A stretch of 58,039 nucleotides of DNA from a virus. Lineage: Duplodnaviria; Caudoviricetes. The DNA lies in the IMG/VR virus record IMGVR_UViG_3300042923_000383, positions 1 to 58,039 of that record; one strand, given 5' to 3'. Below, in pieces: positions 27,836 through 37,788 of the stretch (its first letter is position 1; each line of letters begins with the position of its first letter). The notes under the pieces are model-generated. The model worked only from the letters and a program-made list of their open reading frames with translations, did not search any database and was not told the origin of the DNA. The position numbers were made by a program, and so were the translations under genes.

Positions 27836-28573
27836 TTATTGTAAAACGCTTAATACTGATTCATTCCATTGAACTTGATAACCACTATGACCATTACGGG
27901 TATAAGGAATTTCTTCCCCATAGCTTTTCCCTTCATCGGTTAAACGCCAAGTATTATCTATCTTAGCTTGCAAGCCTTTATCAACTAGTAAAGCATTTGC
28001 CTTAATTGCAGATAAATTAATACGTTTGCCAATCTCAGTAGCGTTTAGGAATCCAGTATCGTGTTCGGCAGGTGGTAATAACTTCTTGATTGGTTCTAAT
28101 TCTAAGCCAGTAGTTTTCTCCACCATAGCGATACACACTGATTGAGCAATTCCAATTTTGATACCTAGTTTCTTAGTAAGATATTCAGCGGTATCAAGTG
28201 CATCTTTTATCGCAGGCTTGATTCGTGGTATAATTTGTTTAGAACGTATTTGTTTAACACCGTTTGTGATATTGGAAAATTGCTTTTCAATCTCAATAAA
28301 GTAATTTCTAGCTTGTTCACCCCGTTCTGATTTTGAAACCATACAGAGCTTTTTAGCAAAGTCAATCGATAAGTAATGGTTAATTGATGCTTGTCCACCG
28401 CATTCTTCATTTATGAGGAATGGAAAATAATCAGATTCTTCAATTGCAAATTGGTTATCAGTAATATTGCTTTTGCACCATCTAGAATAATTTTTAGAAT
28501 CAAGCCCTAAAAACTCATATAACTCTCTAGATGTGGTTTTACCTGCTTCGTTTACATTTATTAAACTATTCAA
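27836..28573 (-). CDS. AntA/AntB-type antirepressor with KilA-C-like C-terminus
   Basis: SRELYEFL, FAKKLCM..G.QAR.YFIEIE; ATEIGK..AN.LL..W.LT..G. Confidence 0.85.
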   Translation of the reverse strand: MNSLINVNEAGKTTSRELYEFLGLDSKNYSRWCKSNITDNQFAIEESDYFPFLINEECGGQASINHYLSIDFAKKLCMVSKSERGEQARNYFIEIEKQFSNITNGVKQIRSKQIIPRIKPAIKDALDTAEYLTKKLGIKIGIAQSVCIAMVEKTTGLELEPIKKLLPPAEHDTGFLNATEIGKRINLSAIKANALLVDKGLQAKIDNTWRLTDEGKSYGEEIPYTRNGHSGYQVQWNESVLSVLQ

Positions 28574-28592
28574 TATAACAACTCCTTTGTTT

Positions 28593-28649
28593 GGTACTCA
28601 ATGTACCTCTTTTGATTTAGATTATATAGGTACGATATGTACCTGTCAA
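28593..28649 (-). promoter_or_regulatory. consensus sigma-A promoter with two palindromic operators
   Basis: TTGACA-17-TATAAT on - strand; GGTAC-N5-GTACC at 28629-28643 (in spacer) and 28593-28607. Confidence 0.85.
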
Positions 28650-28668
28650 TATTTTTTTGGAGGAAATT

Positions 28669-28887
28669 ATGAATTTATCATATAGACTTAGAGAAATTCG
28701 CAAAAAAAATAATATAAGTCAACAGGAGATATCTGCATTAATAAATGTTACTCCTAGAGCTTGGAGGTTTTATGAAACAGGGGATAGAGAACCATCAATT
28801 AAAGCATTAGTTATTTTAGCTGACCATTTTAATGTTTCGGTTGATTATCTAGTAGGCATGACAGACGATTCAACGCCATATAAATAA
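28669..28887 (+). CDS. XRE-family repressor
   Basis: RLREIRK..SQ....YETG.REP..LADHFNVSVDYLVG. Confidence 0.92.
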   Translation: MNLSYRLREIRKKNNISQQEISALINVTPRAWRFYETGDREPSIKALVILADHFNVSVDYLVGMTDDSTPYK

Positions 28888-28908
28888 TAAACGAAAGAAG
28901 ATGAACGC

Positions 28909-29607
28909 ATGCACGACTTGTGGGCAACATTATTTTTATTTTCTTTTATAGGACTGATAATAGGGCTATTTAAACCTAAAATTATGTTTTTAGGCAATAA
29001 AGATAAAACGCGAAAGCATGTTTTGAATTTATATGGAACTTTGACGTTAATATTTTTAATCTTTGATTCGTATACAATGCCACCGATTAATCATGACAGT
29101 ACGATTAAACAGTCAAATGTAAGCAATAATGTTGCATCAATAACGACAAATAAACCTGTTAATAATTCCAAACAGGAATTTGATGCTTTTTATAATAATT
29201 TTAAAAAATATCATGATGGATTAGGAGACGCTTTTAGTAAACTACAAAACTCAATGGATATGATGGATAAAGGTGGGATAAATCCTACTGATTTTTACAA
29301 TTATTTAAAAGCCACCGAAAATTTACTTTTGATTGCATGGTCTGATACTGATAAAATGGAAGTTCCTAAAGGATTAGATGATAGCCAAAGTAAAGAAGTA
29401 GAACAATGTATAAAATATTTGTCGCTTTCCGCATTGACAGGTAAAGAAGCTGTCGGTTCGTTAATGAATGTTATGAATAATAAAAATTACATGGAAAACA
29501 AAATGAATTTTGAAAATAATATTAAACAAGCATTGGCGGCACATAAAAACGCTGGTGAAAATATTGAAAAAGTTAAAAATGAGATATACAAACAAACCGC
29601 AAAATAA
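28909..29607 (+). CDS. membrane-anchored protein (possible superinfection exclusion/moron)
   Basis: Two N-terminal TM segments, helical soluble domain. Confidence 0.6.
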   Translation: MHDLWATLFLFSFIGLIIGLFKPKIMFLGNKDKTRKHVLNLYGTLTLIFLIFDSYTMPPINHDSTIKQSNVSNNVASITTNKPVNNSKQEFDAFYNNFKKYHDGLGDAFSKLQNSMDMMDKGGINPTDFYNYLKATENLLLIAWSDTDKMEVPKGLDDSQSKEVEQCIKYLSLSALTGKEAVGSLMNVMNNKNYMENKMNFENNIKQALAAHKNAGENIEKVKNEIYKQTAK

Positions 29608-29684
29608 ATAATTAAGCGGTTAAAGCAGGAATATATTGGCTTTTGTAGAAATATTATATAAAAATATCAAAGGATGTGTGTTGA

Positions 29685-30020
29685 ATGAAAGTAGAAAGAG
29701 GTTATTTTGCAGTTGAAATATTATCTGGATTATATAAAGTTTTAGCCGTCATAGTATTGCTTATAGGGTTATTTGCTGGATTTACTGGTCATGGTATGGA
29801 GTCTTTTACAGGCTTATTTGGCGGTACAATTGGAGCTATGAGTATATACGCTGTCGGGCAATTGTTGACCATATTTATACATATTGAGGAAAACACTAGG
29901 CGTACAGCTAATTTACTAGATAATACGGAAGAAGAACCAGTCAAAAAAGAAAGCGATTATAGAGAAGGTTTTGGCGATAACGTTAAAAGCACAGATGAAA
30001 CAAATGAGAAAGCCGTCTGA
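29685..30020 (+). CDS. two-TM membrane protein
   Basis: Two hydrophobic helices, IEENTR motif; own TTGGCT..TATTAT-like promoter. Confidence 0.65.
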   Translation: MKVERGYFAVEILSGLYKVLAVIVLLIGLFAGFTGHGMESFTGLFGGTIGAMSIYAVGQLLTIFIHIEENTRRTANLLDNTEEEPVKKESDYREGFGDNVKSTDETNEKAV

Positions 30021-30192
30021 ATAAGGAGCTAAATTAAAAATGAAAATCAAACAGCTAATCGAGAGATTACAAGCAATAAAAGATAAAGAACAAGTTGTAA
30101 TAGTTCGAGATTGTGAAGGTTATACAGAAGCAACCGAGGTAGATATTGATAGCGAAGGTCAAGTTTACATTGAATAATTACATATATTGATT

Positions 30193-30225
30193 AAGGCTAA
30201 GAATTAAATTTCTTGGTCTTTTTTT
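30193..30225 (+). terminator. intrinsic terminator
   Basis: AAGGCTAAGAA/TTCTTGGTCTT + T-tract. Confidence 0.65.
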
Positions 30226-30260
30226 ATACCTAAAATTAATAATTTGGAGCGTGATTACAA

Positions 30261-30437
30261 ATGAAAGTATATGTTGTTACGAAAAATTGGGAATGTGAAT
30301 GTGGCTCTCCACAAGCTGTATTTGGTAATAATAAAAAAGCCGAAGCGTATAAGAAAACAGAAGAATTAGATAATCCACAGGAGTACTGTAAAGATGGTTG
30401 TGTGTGGCTTAATATAGATGAATTTGAAGTACAGTAA
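30261..30437 (+). CDS. small hypothetical protein (58 aa, not in ORF track)
   Basis: GGAG SD; MKVYVV..IDEFEVQ. Confidence 0.65.
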   Translation: MKVYVVTKNWECECGSPQAVFGNNKKAEAYKKTEELDNPQEYCKDGCVWLNIDEFEVQ

Positions 30438-30463
30438 TATAAAAATAATTGGAGCGTGATTAT

Positions 30464-30943
30464 ATGATTATAGATATTGATAAACAAAACAAAACTGCAA
30501 TGAAATGGATTTTAAACTATTACGAATTTAAACAAGCGTATGCTGAACGATCAGCCCAATTTAGCACTCTAGGAGCGACAAATTATGACGGTATGCCACA
30601 TGGAACGAGCGTTGGAAATCCGTGTGCGAATAAAACTATGACATTACTAGACTTAGAAGAATCTCGTAAATGGATTATGGTTATTGAGAAAGCAGAGCAA
30701 ACATTATCAGAGAAAAGTAGAAAATATCTTGAAATCAGAAGGGATGCTGCAAGTCAAATTAGCAACGGCAAAACAATGGGCAGACCGGGTTGGGTTGATT
30801 ATACCCAAGTTAAGTATGTTGAGTGGTTTAAATATCGTTATGGCAGAGAAATTGATGCACCGACCAAAGGCACAATGACCGAGTGGATGCGTAAAATAAT
30901 GGACGTTACGATCAGAATTGCAATTAAAGATGGTGCGCTATAA
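30464..30943 (+). CDS. ArpU/RinA-like transcriptional regulator (copy 2)
   Basis: YDGMPHGTSVGNP..K motif; immediately upstream of terL. Confidence 0.7.
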   Translation: MIIDIDKQNKTAMKWILNYYEFKQAYAERSAQFSTLGATNYDGMPHGTSVGNPCANKTMTLLDLEESRKWIMVIEKAEQTLSEKSRKYLEIRRDAASQISNGKTMGRPGWVDYTQVKYVEWFKYRYGREIDAPTKGTMTEWMRKIMDVTIRIAIKDGAL

Positions 30944-30950
30944 AAAAATA

Positions 30951-30991
30951 CTTTAGCACTGTGCCAAAGTAGGCGAAAAACAGGATATAAT
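30951..30991 (+). promoter_or_regulatory. putative late promoter for terL and the structural operon
   Basis: Imperfect palindrome CTTTAGCAC-T-GTGCCAAAG, then TATAAT at 30986-30991. Confidence 0.55.
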
Positions 30992-31107
30992 AGGATTATC
31001 GAAAGTGTGTCAAACAGGACACGCTATTTTTATATATAAAATTATAAGTTTTGGGCGTTGTACTGAACAACGTCTATTTTTTATGTCGTTTTATAGGTGG
31101 TGGTTTT

Positions 31108-32541
31108 GTGGCGTTAACTAAAGAGCAGGAAATTGAATACTTGTTGCTTTTAGAAGCAGAAGCGAAGAAAAAAGAGATTGATAAGAACTTTAAGCCACAA
31201 CAGGGACCACAAACAGCATTTCTAAATAGTCAAGCTGATATTACAATATTCGGGGGAGCAGCCGGAGGTGGTAAAACCTATGCGTTGCTTTTACGTAGTA
31301 TGCTTAATATTAACGTAAAGGGTTTTACTGCCACTATATTCCGTAGAAATTCAACTCAGATAATGAACGAAGGCGGATTATGGTCAGATGCTTTAAAATT
31401 AATGCCGTTAAAAGGTGCTATTCCTGTAGTTAGCCCAAAGCCAACGATGAAATTTCCTAGTGGAGCACGAATAACTTTCCAACATCTTCAACTGGATAAT
31501 ACTGTATATGATTTTCAAGGTGCCGCTATTGCACTTATAGCATTTGATGAAATGACGCATTTCACCAAGGCTCAGATAATGTATATGCTTTCGAGAAATC
31601 GTAGCGTATGCGGCGTAGTTCCGAAAGTAATTGGCACGTGCAATCCAGACCCTAACAGCTTTGTAGCTGAATTAATTGAGTGGTATATTGACGATGATGG
31701 TTTTCCTGTAAAAGAAAAAAGTGGGATTTTGCGCTACTTTTTAGTTATTGATGATGAATTTAAATGGGGAGATAGCCGTGAAGAATTATCTATTAAATAT
31801 AATACAGACCCTAAACTTATAAAATCGTTTACGTTTATTGCTAGTTCGATATTTGATAATAAAATACTATTAGAGCAAAATCCTGAGTATTTAGCTAACT
31901 TGAATGCACTAAATACAGTAGAAAAAGGACGATTGCTGTATGGAAATTGGCGTGTAAAAGAAAGTGCAGGGATGTATCTTCCTAAAGCCAAGATTGAAAT
32001 AGTTAACCAGATACCCGGTAAAATAAGAAAATTTTGCAGAGCATACGATTTAGCCGCTACAATCCCCACACCAAGTCGACCATCACCAGATGCAACAGCA
32101 GGCCCATTAATGGGTAAATTAGATGATGGTAGATATATAATACTAGATTTATTACATGGAAGATGGACTTCGAATGACGTAAAAAAGAAAGTCCTTGAAA
32201 CCGCTAAGTTTGATAAGAATAAATTCAATAGAGTTATAAATTTCATACCTCAAGATCCAGGCGCTGCTGGTAAGAGCGTCCGCGACGACTTCATTAAGCT
32301 CTTGTCTGGGTATATTGTCCGTTCAAGAAGAATGACGGGAGATAAGGTTACAAGATGTTTACCACTAAGTAGCCAGTGGCAGGCTGGCAATATATTAATG
32401 CTTGCTGGTGACTGGAACGAAATATTGTTAAATGAATGTGATTCATTCCCAGAAGGGAAACATGATGATATAGTCGATGGTCTTAGTGACTGCTTTGAAG
32501 AATTGCAAACAGGCAAGAGCTGGTCAGGATTAATTAGTTAG
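31108..32541 (+). CDS. terL: terminase large subunit
   Basis: PQQGPQ, GGAAGGGKT Walker A, AFDE Walker B, HDDIVD nuclease motif. Confidence 0.95.
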   Translation: MALTKEQEIEYLLLLEAEAKKKEIDKNFKPQQGPQTAFLNSQADITIFGGAAGGGKTYALLLRSMLNINVKGFTATIFRRNSTQIMNEGGLWSDALKLMPLKGAIPVVSPKPTMKFPSGARITFQHLQLDNTVYDFQGAAIALIAFDEMTHFTKAQIMYMLSRNRSVCGVVPKVIGTCNPDPNSFVAELIEWYIDDDGFPVKEKSGILRYFLVIDDEFKWGDSREELSIKYNTDPKLIKSFTFIASSIFDNKILLEQNPEYLANLNALNTVEKGRLLYGNWRVKESAGMYLPKAKIEIVNQIPGKIRKFCRAYDLAATIPTPSRPSPDATAGPLMGKLDDGRYIILDLLHGRWTSNDVKKKVLETAKFDKNKFNRVINFIPQDPGAAGKSVRDDFIKLLSGYIVRSRRMTGDKVTRCLPLSSQWQAGNILMLAGDWNEILLNECDSFPEGKHDDIVDGLSDCFEELQTGKSWSGLIS

Positions 32542-32564
32542 ACACTTAAACGGTGTCTATTTTT
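32539..32564 (+). terminator. terminator-like hairpin
   Basis: TAGACAC/GTGTCTA + TTTTT. Confidence 0.55.
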
Positions 32565-32590
32565 CATTGGCAACAAAGGCAGGTGATAAT

Positions 32591-34003
32591 TTGAAACGAT
32601 ACAAACAAAAGATGAAAACAGACTCAATTCAACAACCAAAATCAACACCAAATAGAATAAGGCAAGACGGATTCGCGAATTCAGTTATTGGGCATCAAAC
32701 AAAGCATGACCCATATTCTAATTTTCTTTTTATGCCATCTATGCGTATGAATGACCATATGTTACAGAATATTTTCATAGATTGTTCCTTGGCTAATAGA
32801 ACAATATCATTACCGGCAGATGAAGCGGTAAAAAATTGGGTGAAAATTCCGCAAGATAAAAACGATAATGCTTTAAGTATGCTTGAAGATTTAAATGCAG
32901 AAATACACTTTGCTGATGCTGTTAGATGGTCAAGACTATTTGGTGGTAGTGGAATATTAATGCTTGTAAATGATGGTCGTATGCTTGATGAACCAATAGA
33001 TGAAACTAATATAAGTAATATTGAGGAACTTCGAGTTTTTGATAAGACACAAATTTGGTGGAACGATGCTGTATTATATGAAGACCCTAGCAATGTAAAG
33101 TACGGAAAACCACAATATTATCAAATAAACCCTATGGATGGATTGCCGTTTATGGTGCATGAAAGCAGGTTATTACTATTTACTGGCGACCCTGTACCGG
33201 ATTATTGGCGATTATCCAATAACGGTTGGGGTAAAAGTTCATTGCAAGGGCTTATCGAAGAATTAACTAATAACCAACACAGTATGAAGCTTGCAATCAC
33301 AGTAATGGAGCGCAAAGGACAAGCCATTCTTAAACTATCGGGACTTACAGATGTTCTTGACCTTGGCGAAGACGGGGATAAAGCAGTAAAAACAAGACTG
33401 GACTTAATAGATATGGCAAGATCAATACTTAATACTATAGCCATTGATGCTGATGATGAGTTCAAAATTGAAAACTTGTCTATCTCTGGTATGGCTGACT
33501 TAATAGATCGTTTTGGCTTTGCATATAGCGCAGTAAGCAATATACCGTTTGTAATTTTATTTGGACATAATCCAAAAGGTTCAGGGCTTGCACAGTCCGG
33601 CGGTACTGATTTAGAAAACTGGTATAACTATGTTAGCCAAATTCAAAAACGCCATATAAAAAATCCATTATCAAGACTTATTCGCCTTTGTATGCTTGCT
33701 AAAAACGGCTTATTTAAAGGTAAACCTATTGAAAATTGGACACTTAAATTTAATCCATTATGGAGCCCTAGTGATAAAGAAGTTGCAGAAGCAAACCAAT
33801 TAGATGCAGATGCTAATTTCAAAAACGCACAAGCTGATTCATTGATGATTACAAACAAAGTTGTCAGCGTAGCAGAGTGCCAACGTAAGGCTGGTTATAC
33901 ACCAGACGAGATAGTTGGTATTAATAAAGAAATTTCAGAGCAACCAGAGCCAACTATAAACAAACCAGATAACAATATTCCTAGCGAAACGGTGATAACT
34001 TGA
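32591..34003 (+). CDS. portal protein (DUF1073-like)
   Basis: WSRLFGG, YGKP..Y, VHESRL, IP...LFG..P.G, FNPLW; follows terL. Confidence 0.88.
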   Translation: MKRYKQKMKTDSIQQPKSTPNRIRQDGFANSVIGHQTKHDPYSNFLFMPSMRMNDHMLQNIFIDCSLANRTISLPADEAVKNWVKIPQDKNDNALSMLEDLNAEIHFADAVRWSRLFGGSGILMLVNDGRMLDEPIDETNISNIEELRVFDKTQIWWNDAVLYEDPSNVKYGKPQYYQINPMDGLPFMVHESRLLLFTGDPVPDYWRLSNNGWGKSSLQGLIEELTNNQHSMKLAITVMERKGQAILKLSGLTDVLDLGEDGDKAVKTRLDLIDMARSILNTIAIDADDEFKIENLSISGMADLIDRFGFAYSAVSNIPFVILFGHNPKGSGLAQSGGTDLENWYNYVSQIQKRHIKNPLSRLIRLCMLAKNGLFKGKPIENWTLKFNPLWSPSDKEVAEANQLDADANFKNAQADSLMITNKVVSVAECQRKAGYTPDEIVGINKEISEQPEPTINKPDNNIPSETVIT

Positions 34004-34169
34004 CCACCGTTGAGTTAACTTCTTGTACTATCCCGATATTGTTATTATTTATCTGGTTGTTATTCTTAGAAAAAGTTTTAGGAAAACGTTAGCCTAGTAC
34101 CATTTTGTTAACTTCAACAATATGGTCGACTAGGTATTTTTTATGCCCTGTTAGGAGGGAGGTGATAAA

Positions 34170-35309
34170 TTGCAAAGATTTGATACAGTAGAAATTAAAG
34201 CAGTAAAAACAGCCGAAGGATTTATTGAGGATTCACCAATTATAGGGCGTGTTGGAATACTTAAATATACGAATGCAGACGGTAGTGTAAGAAATGAATT
34301 TAGACCACCAGAAGAAGCATTTAAACCAGAATCACTTGCTACTATAAGGGGGAAACCCGTTACTGTTGGTCATCCTGGTTTAGTTAGTGCTAAAAACGTA
34401 ACTAAAGTAAAACCGATTGGCACGGTATTAACCGAAGGTAAACAAGATGGCGATAACATCCGCGCTGATGTGGTGATATATAATCTTGATACCAAAGGCA
34501 GGGAATTGTCATGCGGTTATAATGTTGACCTTGACGAAACCCCGGGTATATATAACGGTATGCCTTATGATGCTGTACAAAGAAATATACGATACAACCA
34601 TCTTGCTGTAGTACCGCGCGGTCGTGCTGGTGATATGGCAAGGCTAAATATGGATGGTGAACAATCAATAGAAGATACAAAACAAGACGAGGGGGAACCA
34701 AGAAAGATGGCAAAATTAAAACTAAAAAATGGAATTGATTACGAAGTACCTGCCGAAGTTGCGGCGGAATTCGATTCTATGTCTAAAGATGCAAAATGTA
34801 ATACAGACAAAATTACAAAAATGGAATCTGCCGCAGTAGAAAAAGATGCCGAAAATGCGAAAAAAATGGATGCTTTAGAGGCTGAACGAGACGGATTGAA
34901 AGACGAAAAAGCAAAGTTTGACGAACAATTAAAAGCGAAAGACAAAGAACACGCCGACAGCATAGATAAGCTGGTAAAAGGACGTGTTTCTTTATTATCT
35001 GTAGCTTCTACTCACAAGGTAGAAAAAGCAGATGAAATGACAGATAAGGATATTAAACTTGCTGTAATTAAAGTGGTTCGCGGTGATTCCGCTGATCTTA
35101 CCGAAAAATCAGATGCTTATATCGATGCAGCTTTTGACTTCTGCAAAGAAGATACTATCCGTAATGATTCTATGGCAGAACAAAGAAAAACGGTAAATAA
35201 TAAAAAAACTAAAGAAAATCGTCAAGATGAAAAAGAAATGACATCACAAGAACGCAGGGATGCAATGGCTGAACGTCTTAAAAATGCTTACAAGGAGGAA
35301 ACGAAATAA
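34170..35309 (+). CDS. prohead protease/scaffold (DUF2213)
   Basis: [31 protein letters not shown]. Confidence 0.88.
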   Translation: MQRFDTVEIKAVKTAEGFIEDSPIIGRVGILKYTNADGSVRNEFRPPEEAFKPESLATIRGKPVTVGHPGLVSAKNVTKVKPIGTVLTEGKQDGDNIRADVVIYNLDTKGRELSCGYNVDLDETPGIYNGMPYDAVQRNIRYNHLAVVPRGRAGDMARLNMDGEQSIEDTKQDEGEPRKMAKLKLKNGIDYEVPAEVAAEFDSMSKDAKCNTDKITKMESAAVEKDAENAKKMDALEAERDGLKDEKAKFDEQLKAKDKEHADSIDKLVKGRVSLLSVASTHKVEKADEMTDKDIKLAVIKVVRGDSADLTEKSDAYIDAAFDFCKEDTIRNDSMAEQRKTVNNKKTKENRQDEKEMTSQERRDAMAERLKNAYKEETK

Positions 35310-35782
35310 TGCAATTATCTTATGGAATGAACATGAATCCTGCAATTGCAGGTACACTGTACGATATTTCACCACGTACTATTGATTCTTATGTTGCAGA
35401 GGGAACTATTGGACTTGGATTTGGTCTTATTGTTGGAACAGACCCACAAGTACAAGCTAAAGTACCAGCGGCTACATTTTCTACCGGATTTAAAGGAATT
35501 GCTTTAAACCAAGCTAAAGAACAGGCGGCAGATGGAACTGTAACTTATGTAACGAAAGATACTGTTCCTGTACTTCGCAAGGGTCGTGCTTGGGTTCCTT
35601 TTATTAGCGGACAGGCAATAACTGCTGAAACTGCTGCTTATTTAGTATTTTCCGGTGCTGATGCTGGTAAATGGACTAATGCAGCTGGTGCAAGTACAAC
35701 AGCGGTTGCCGTAACTGATGCAAAATTTATCACTTCAAATACATCTACAACTGGCGGCATTGTTGCTGTTGAGTTATCATAA
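35309..35782 (+). CDS. capsid decoration/cement protein
   Basis: Between DUF2213 and MCP; V.VLRKGR.WV. Confidence 0.75.
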   Translation: MQLSYGMNMNPAIAGTLYDISPRTIDSYVAEGTIGLGFGLIVGTDPQVQAKVPAATFSTGFKGIALNQAKEQAADGTVTYVTKDTVPVLRKGRAWVPFISGQAITAETAAYLVFSGADAGKWTNAAGASTTAVAVTDAKFITSNTSTTGGIVAVELS

Positions 35783-35797
35783 GGAGGAATCGTATAA

Positions 35798-36787
35798 ATG
35801 CCCGAAGAATTAAGATATGACGAAAAAGATTATAACGCAATTATTTCGACTGGTCGCTTTGATGCGAATGAGTCGATTTTTTTTGCACGTGAACTAGAAA
35901 AAATTAAAGCTAAATCCTATGATGTTTTGTATCCGGAATTTACAGCAATTCAAATTATTCCTGTTTCTACAGATGCTGGTGCTGGTGCTGAAACAATAAC
36001 GTATTATCAATATGATGTAGTGGGGTTCGCTGATATTATCAGTAATTATGCTACAGACTTACCACGTGTTGATTTAGTAGGAAAACCATTTTCTAGCAAG
36101 GTTAAATCAATTGGTACAAGTTATGGTTATTCTATCCAAGACATTCGTGCTGCTCAAATGGCAGGCAAACCACTTGAACAACGTAAAGCCAATGCTGCAC
36201 GTAGAGCCAACGACCAAAAAGTAAATAACATTGCTTATTCTGGCGATGCCGCAAATGGATTAAATGGATTGTTTACGCATCCTAATATTACTAGTTATAC
36301 ATTACCTACCGATGGCACACTAAATGGTGTAACTGCCGGAACTGCTGCTGCTGCAAAATTTATTAATAAAACTCCTGATCAAGTTTTACGTGATTTAACT
36401 GGCATGGTTAATACTGTAATAACTATTACTAAGAAAGTTGAACGTCCAGATACATTAGTTTTACCACATAATGTACACGGTGATATTTCAAGTCGCGCAC
36501 GTACCACTGGAACAGATACGACTATTCTTGAATTTTTCCTTAAAACTAATCCATACATTAAAAACGTTGAAGTCGTACCAGAAGCACAAGGAGCTGGAAC
36601 TGGTGGCGTTGATTTGTGTTTGGTTTATAAAAAAGACCCAGATAAATTAACTCTTGAAATTCCGCAACCATTCGAACAATTCCCTCCACAACCAGAAGGA
36701 TTAGAGTTTGTTACTGCTTGTCATTCTCGTTGCGGCGGTGTAATTATCTATTATCCACTTTCTATCTGCAAATCAGAAGGGTGCTAA
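35798..36787 (+). CDS. major capsid protein (DUF2184-like)
   Basis: FFARELE, DLPRVD, GLFTHPN, GGVIIYYP. Confidence 0.9.
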   Translation: MPEELRYDEKDYNAIISTGRFDANESIFFARELEKIKAKSYDVLYPEFTAIQIIPVSTDAGAGAETITYYQYDVVGFADIISNYATDLPRVDLVGKPFSSKVKSIGTSYGYSIQDIRAAQMAGKPLEQRKANAARRANDQKVNNIAYSGDAANGLNGLFTHPNITSYTLPTDGTLNGVTAGTAAAAKFINKTPDQVLRDLTGMVNTVITITKKVERPDTLVLPHNVHGDISSRARTTGTDTTILEFFLKTNPYIKNVEVVPEAQGAGTGGVDLCLVYKKDPDKLTLEIPQPFEQFPPQPEGLEFVTACHSRCGGVIIYYPLSICKSEGC

Positions 36788-36794
36788 TAAAAAC

Positions 36795-36824
36795 AATGGC
36801 TTGTCTTAACCAGCAAGCCATTTT
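36795..36824 (+). terminator. intrinsic terminator after MCP
   Basis: AATGGCTTG/CAAGCCATT + T-tract. Confidence 0.65.
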
Positions 36825-36851
36825 CTATTTTAATTTGAAAGGATTGATATA

Positions 36852-37154
36852 ATGGCTAAATTTGAAAATAAAACTGAGCGAGTTTTAGCTTTTGGAGAAA
36901 AATTCAGCATTCCCGGAGCTGAACCGATTGAATTAACTGATGCAGAGATTAAAATATATTCAGTTGATGCATTGGTTGAGGCAAAACGCTTATCTAAAAT
37001 CATAGAAGAAGTAGTTGTTGATAAAATTGACGTTGATAATATGACCGTTGTACAGCTTAAAGAATATGCCACAACTAATGGTATTGATATTGGAGATGCA
37101 ACCAAAAAAGAAGATATTCTTGCAGTGATTAAAACAGCCGAAGCTACTAAATAA
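36852..37154 (+). CDS. protein with C-terminal HeH/Rho-N-like domain
   Basis: MTVVQLKEYA...GI......KKEDIL. Confidence 0.7.
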   Translation: MAKFENKTERVLAFGEKFSIPGAEPIELTDAEIKIYSVDALVEAKRLSKIIEEVVVDKIDVDNMTVVQLKEYATTNGIDIGDATKKEDILAVIKTAEATK

Positions 37155-37165
37155 GGCGGTTAATT

Positions 37166-37438
37166 ATGATAACTGAAAACGATAAAGTTGAATTAAAAGC
37201 GGTAATATCTACGGTTGGAACAGATAATTTTGATATTTCAATTACCGAAATTCTTGTTGATACTAAGTGGCAAAAGCTTAAAGTAGCAAAACCATTAAAT
37301 ATTTTACTTGCCGATTATGATACAACCGTACTAACAGATGAAGAAAAAGCACTAGCTAAGACAGTAATTGCAAAAGTTCTTTCAAGCCTTACTGGTGACG
37401 ATCTTGTCACCGCTACTTCATTAAACTCTAAATTGTAG
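37166..37438 (+). CDS. hypothetical protein
   Basis: AGGCGG SD, operon context. Confidence 0.65.
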   Translation: MITENDKVELKAVISTVGTDNFDISITEILVDTKWQKLKVAKPLNILLADYDTTVLTDEEKALAKTVIAKVLSSLTGDDLVTATSLNSKL

Positions 37439-37449
37439 GCGGTGATGAT

Positions 37450-37788
37450 ATGACAGAATCAGAAGCATTAATCGCCATAAAAACAGAATGCAAAATTTTA
37501 TCTGATGCGTTAACTGATACTGAATTATTATATTTTTTAAATAAAAACAGTAAAAGCGTTGGTAGCGCATTGGAAAACGATAAGTTGTACAACATGAACC
37601 GTGCTATTTATGAAGCATTATCAAGTGCTATAACCGCGCTGCCTAAAACTTTTAGTCGTGGTGGTGTGTCTAGCACGTTAGCTGATTTAACCGATACGAT
37701 TAAAGATTATAAAGCAAAAGCTAGAATCGGCAATAGTGATTTCCCCGGTGTTGGGATTGGGGTGATTATTCGTGATATTTCCAATTAA
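37450..37788 (+). CDS. putative head-tail adaptor
   Basis: Size and position. Confidence 0.5.
   Translation: MTESEALIAIKTECKILSDALTDTELLYFLNKNSKSVGSALENDKLYNMNRAIYEALSSAITALPKTFSRGGVSSTLADLTDTIKDYKAKARIGNSDFPGVGIGVIIRDISN

Noticed and set aside
32591-34003. Anti-CBASS Acb1 label sometimes attached to DUF1073 proteins
   Set aside because: Size, motifs and position after terL indicate the portal; no 2H phosphoesterase HxT motifs noticed.
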